DNA of 63,154 nt, counting the filler, from Octopus bimaculoides (taxonomy: Eukaryota), in the NCBI RefSeq assembly GCF_001194135.2. It is 6 parts of 5 records of this genome, joined end to end, with 100 filler letters (N's around TTAATTAATTAA, not from the genome) between each part and the next. Parts side by side here need not be neighbours in the genome. Positions count along the whole stretch, not along the records: positions 60,797 to 63,154 come from NC_068982.1; 5 more parts are not named here. One strand, written 5' to 3'. The notes beneath the pieces were generated by a model. That model saw only the letters and a program-made list of their open reading frames with translations, was not told the origin of the DNA and made no database searches. The translations under genes and the position numbers were made by a program. How positions within the stretch are numbered: the first letter of the stretch is position 1; every line of letters starts with the position of its first letter. Below, piece by piece: positions 61,059-63,154 of this stretch.

Positions 61059-63154
61059 ATATATACATATGAATACACGTGCGGATACACGCATACACAC
61101 ACACACATACATACTTTTAACATAGCTCAAGCAAACATTTACACAAATTCTATGTTAAAGAAACTCTGTGTTAGGCGTGCGTTAGAGTACATTAAACTAG
61201 TTGGTGATCTTAAGTTAGCTCCAGGTTTTCTTTGTTGAATGAATTATTAATATCCATTATGCTGCATTTTATTTTCTTGAGATACAGTGTATCTATGATC
61301 ATACTATTCAAATTTGTGGAAATTTAAGTTTAACAATTTGATTCTGAACCACCAACATCATATTTTATGCTAAACGTTCATGATTACATGATAGCTAAGT
61401 ATCAGTTGCATTGCCGCTGCGAAACAATTCCCTTATCTTTTGTGAATTTATAAAGACATTAAACAAATAATCGCCCACATTTCATTTTCTACAAATTGTT
61501 TAAAGTACTATATTCTACACATGATGAATGGTTTATTTCTTTTGGTTTTTGAAACATACTCGTTGTACAATTTTGCGACAGCAATATATATTTGCTTTAT
61601 CAAACTAGATTTGCCTTCAGATCTAACGTCGGTTATATAATTATCATTCAGTTGTCATTGAAATTGAAAACAGTTTCAAGGTATACATAAATAACATCAT
61701 AGGTTTACCTTATATAATACACCTTAAATAATACACCTTAAATAATACACCTGAATCAGGTTGTTGCTCTACACCTGATGATGCTGAACTTTTTATGATA
61801 CTACTTGAAGATGATGTTGATTAAGTGCTGAGATTGCTTTTTTTTTATTTCTTTTATTTTTGGTCTCAAATCTTATGTCATTTCAAGTGACAAACGCTAG
61901 TAATTTCAAACACTATAAGAATATAACCAGCTGAAATGAATGCAATCTGCATTATTTGATTGAGGCGTTTTATGTTTAACCTCCATTATTCTTACACAGA
62001 AAAAGGTCAATAACTCGAGAAAATCACAACGTTCAAAGGATTCCTTGTATCTCACATGCATTGCAATTACACTCAAATAGACTATTAGCCTAGATCAGAC
62101 CCTTTACTGAATAAAGGTTCTCGAAAGTAAAAAAAAAAGTATACGCAAAGTGGTCATCATTACTAAAGCAAGAATATATGAGCACAGTAGTGGTTGAAAG
62201 AAAGATAGCTATAAGCTGAACTTCAAGAAATTGGCTTCAGACCTACATGTTAGGACGATAATGCTAAGCTTAACGACTATAATACAATAACTTACATTGA
62301 AGGATTTCGACAGTCTCTCACATGTTCTGGTTTCTTCGAATGAAATTGAGGTTCATCTATGACAAATGGTGAAATGAAATTTCATATAGTTATTCGTTTC
62401 ATTGTGTTTATGTATTTGTGAATTATTTTCCTTGCAATTTGCCGTTTTATGTGAAAGCTATACAAATGAAATTGGTTCCATATAAATTTGGTAAATGTAG
62501 ATTGGAAACAATTTCATGTCTTTCATTGATGAAAATTGAAATTGTTATTATTATCATTGTATAATATTGATGAAATGAAGTATTTGATATAGGAGGCTAA
62601 GACATTATTTTGATAAATTACCAAATCAGATGATTTGGACATTTATCAATGATAAGCATTGGCTTGCTAAATGAAAGGATGGTAGTTTCGAATGAAAGCA
62701 TCAGACTGGCAAGTAAAGACATCGATCTGTGAGAGAAATGATTGTGATAAATGAAAATGAAAGATAGTAAAGAGGTAAATAGATAAAATAAGTCGTGATA
62801 TATGGCAGTATCGAACCGAAAACGTATGAATCAGCTGTTCCTAAAAGACTGAAAGTGTATAATAAATTCAGGCATTCAACTACTCACCGAGGACACAAGT
62901 ATGATAGAAGAAAGAAGCTTTCGGTTGTACAGACATTTTCTTTAAAGCATAAGGGATTTAACATGTCTATCGAAGAACTTTCTATAGATTATGCATTTAT
63001 ATTCATACTGGTTAGATTTAACGGCACAATAGCGACAAAGTTTAAGCAGACACACGCACAGACATCGCAGGATATATACATTAATAGAGTTGAGTCTCTC
63101 TTTTCCTTCTTTCTCTTTCTCTTCAGATATATATATATGTATATATATATATAT

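Noticed and set aside
1581-61238. Low-complexity ORFs (YVCM, HTHT, poly-I/S/M, SKTFLS, KKVLLL) and recurring SINE-derived peptides
   Set aside because: Translations of micro/minisatellites and of SINE family A; no protein-family signal.

Overview
Gappy, repeat-saturated eukaryotic (metazoan) scaffold. The SINE, LINE and mariner content and the extreme microsatellite load look like an octopus (coleoid cephalopod) draft genome; this is inference from recognised repeat families, not a search result. The only host coding signal I can support is three spliceable minus-strand exons (25992-26117, 21014-21144, 19263/19176-19421). They encode the C-terminal two thirds of a trypsin-fold (S1A) domain whose catalytic Ser motif is replaced (GDSGGP to EPMGSP), i.e. 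a probable pseudo-protease. The rest is: several tRNA-derived SINE families; decayed LINEs (Tx1/L1, RTE, CR1, R4/Dong-like); mariner, Tc1 and maT transposase relics; MITEs; Penelope-like termini; mini- and microsatellites; and assembly gaps. The most interesting non-coding signals are two different minimal type-I hammerhead-ribozyme folds, one in a hairpin-rich ~300-nt unit at 44170-44470 and one core-variant motif repeated identically three times. Also notable are several long inverted duplications, a Tx1-mariner chimeric local duplication, a split and inverted maT element, and a 3' tail shared between a SINE family and a Tx1 LINE.
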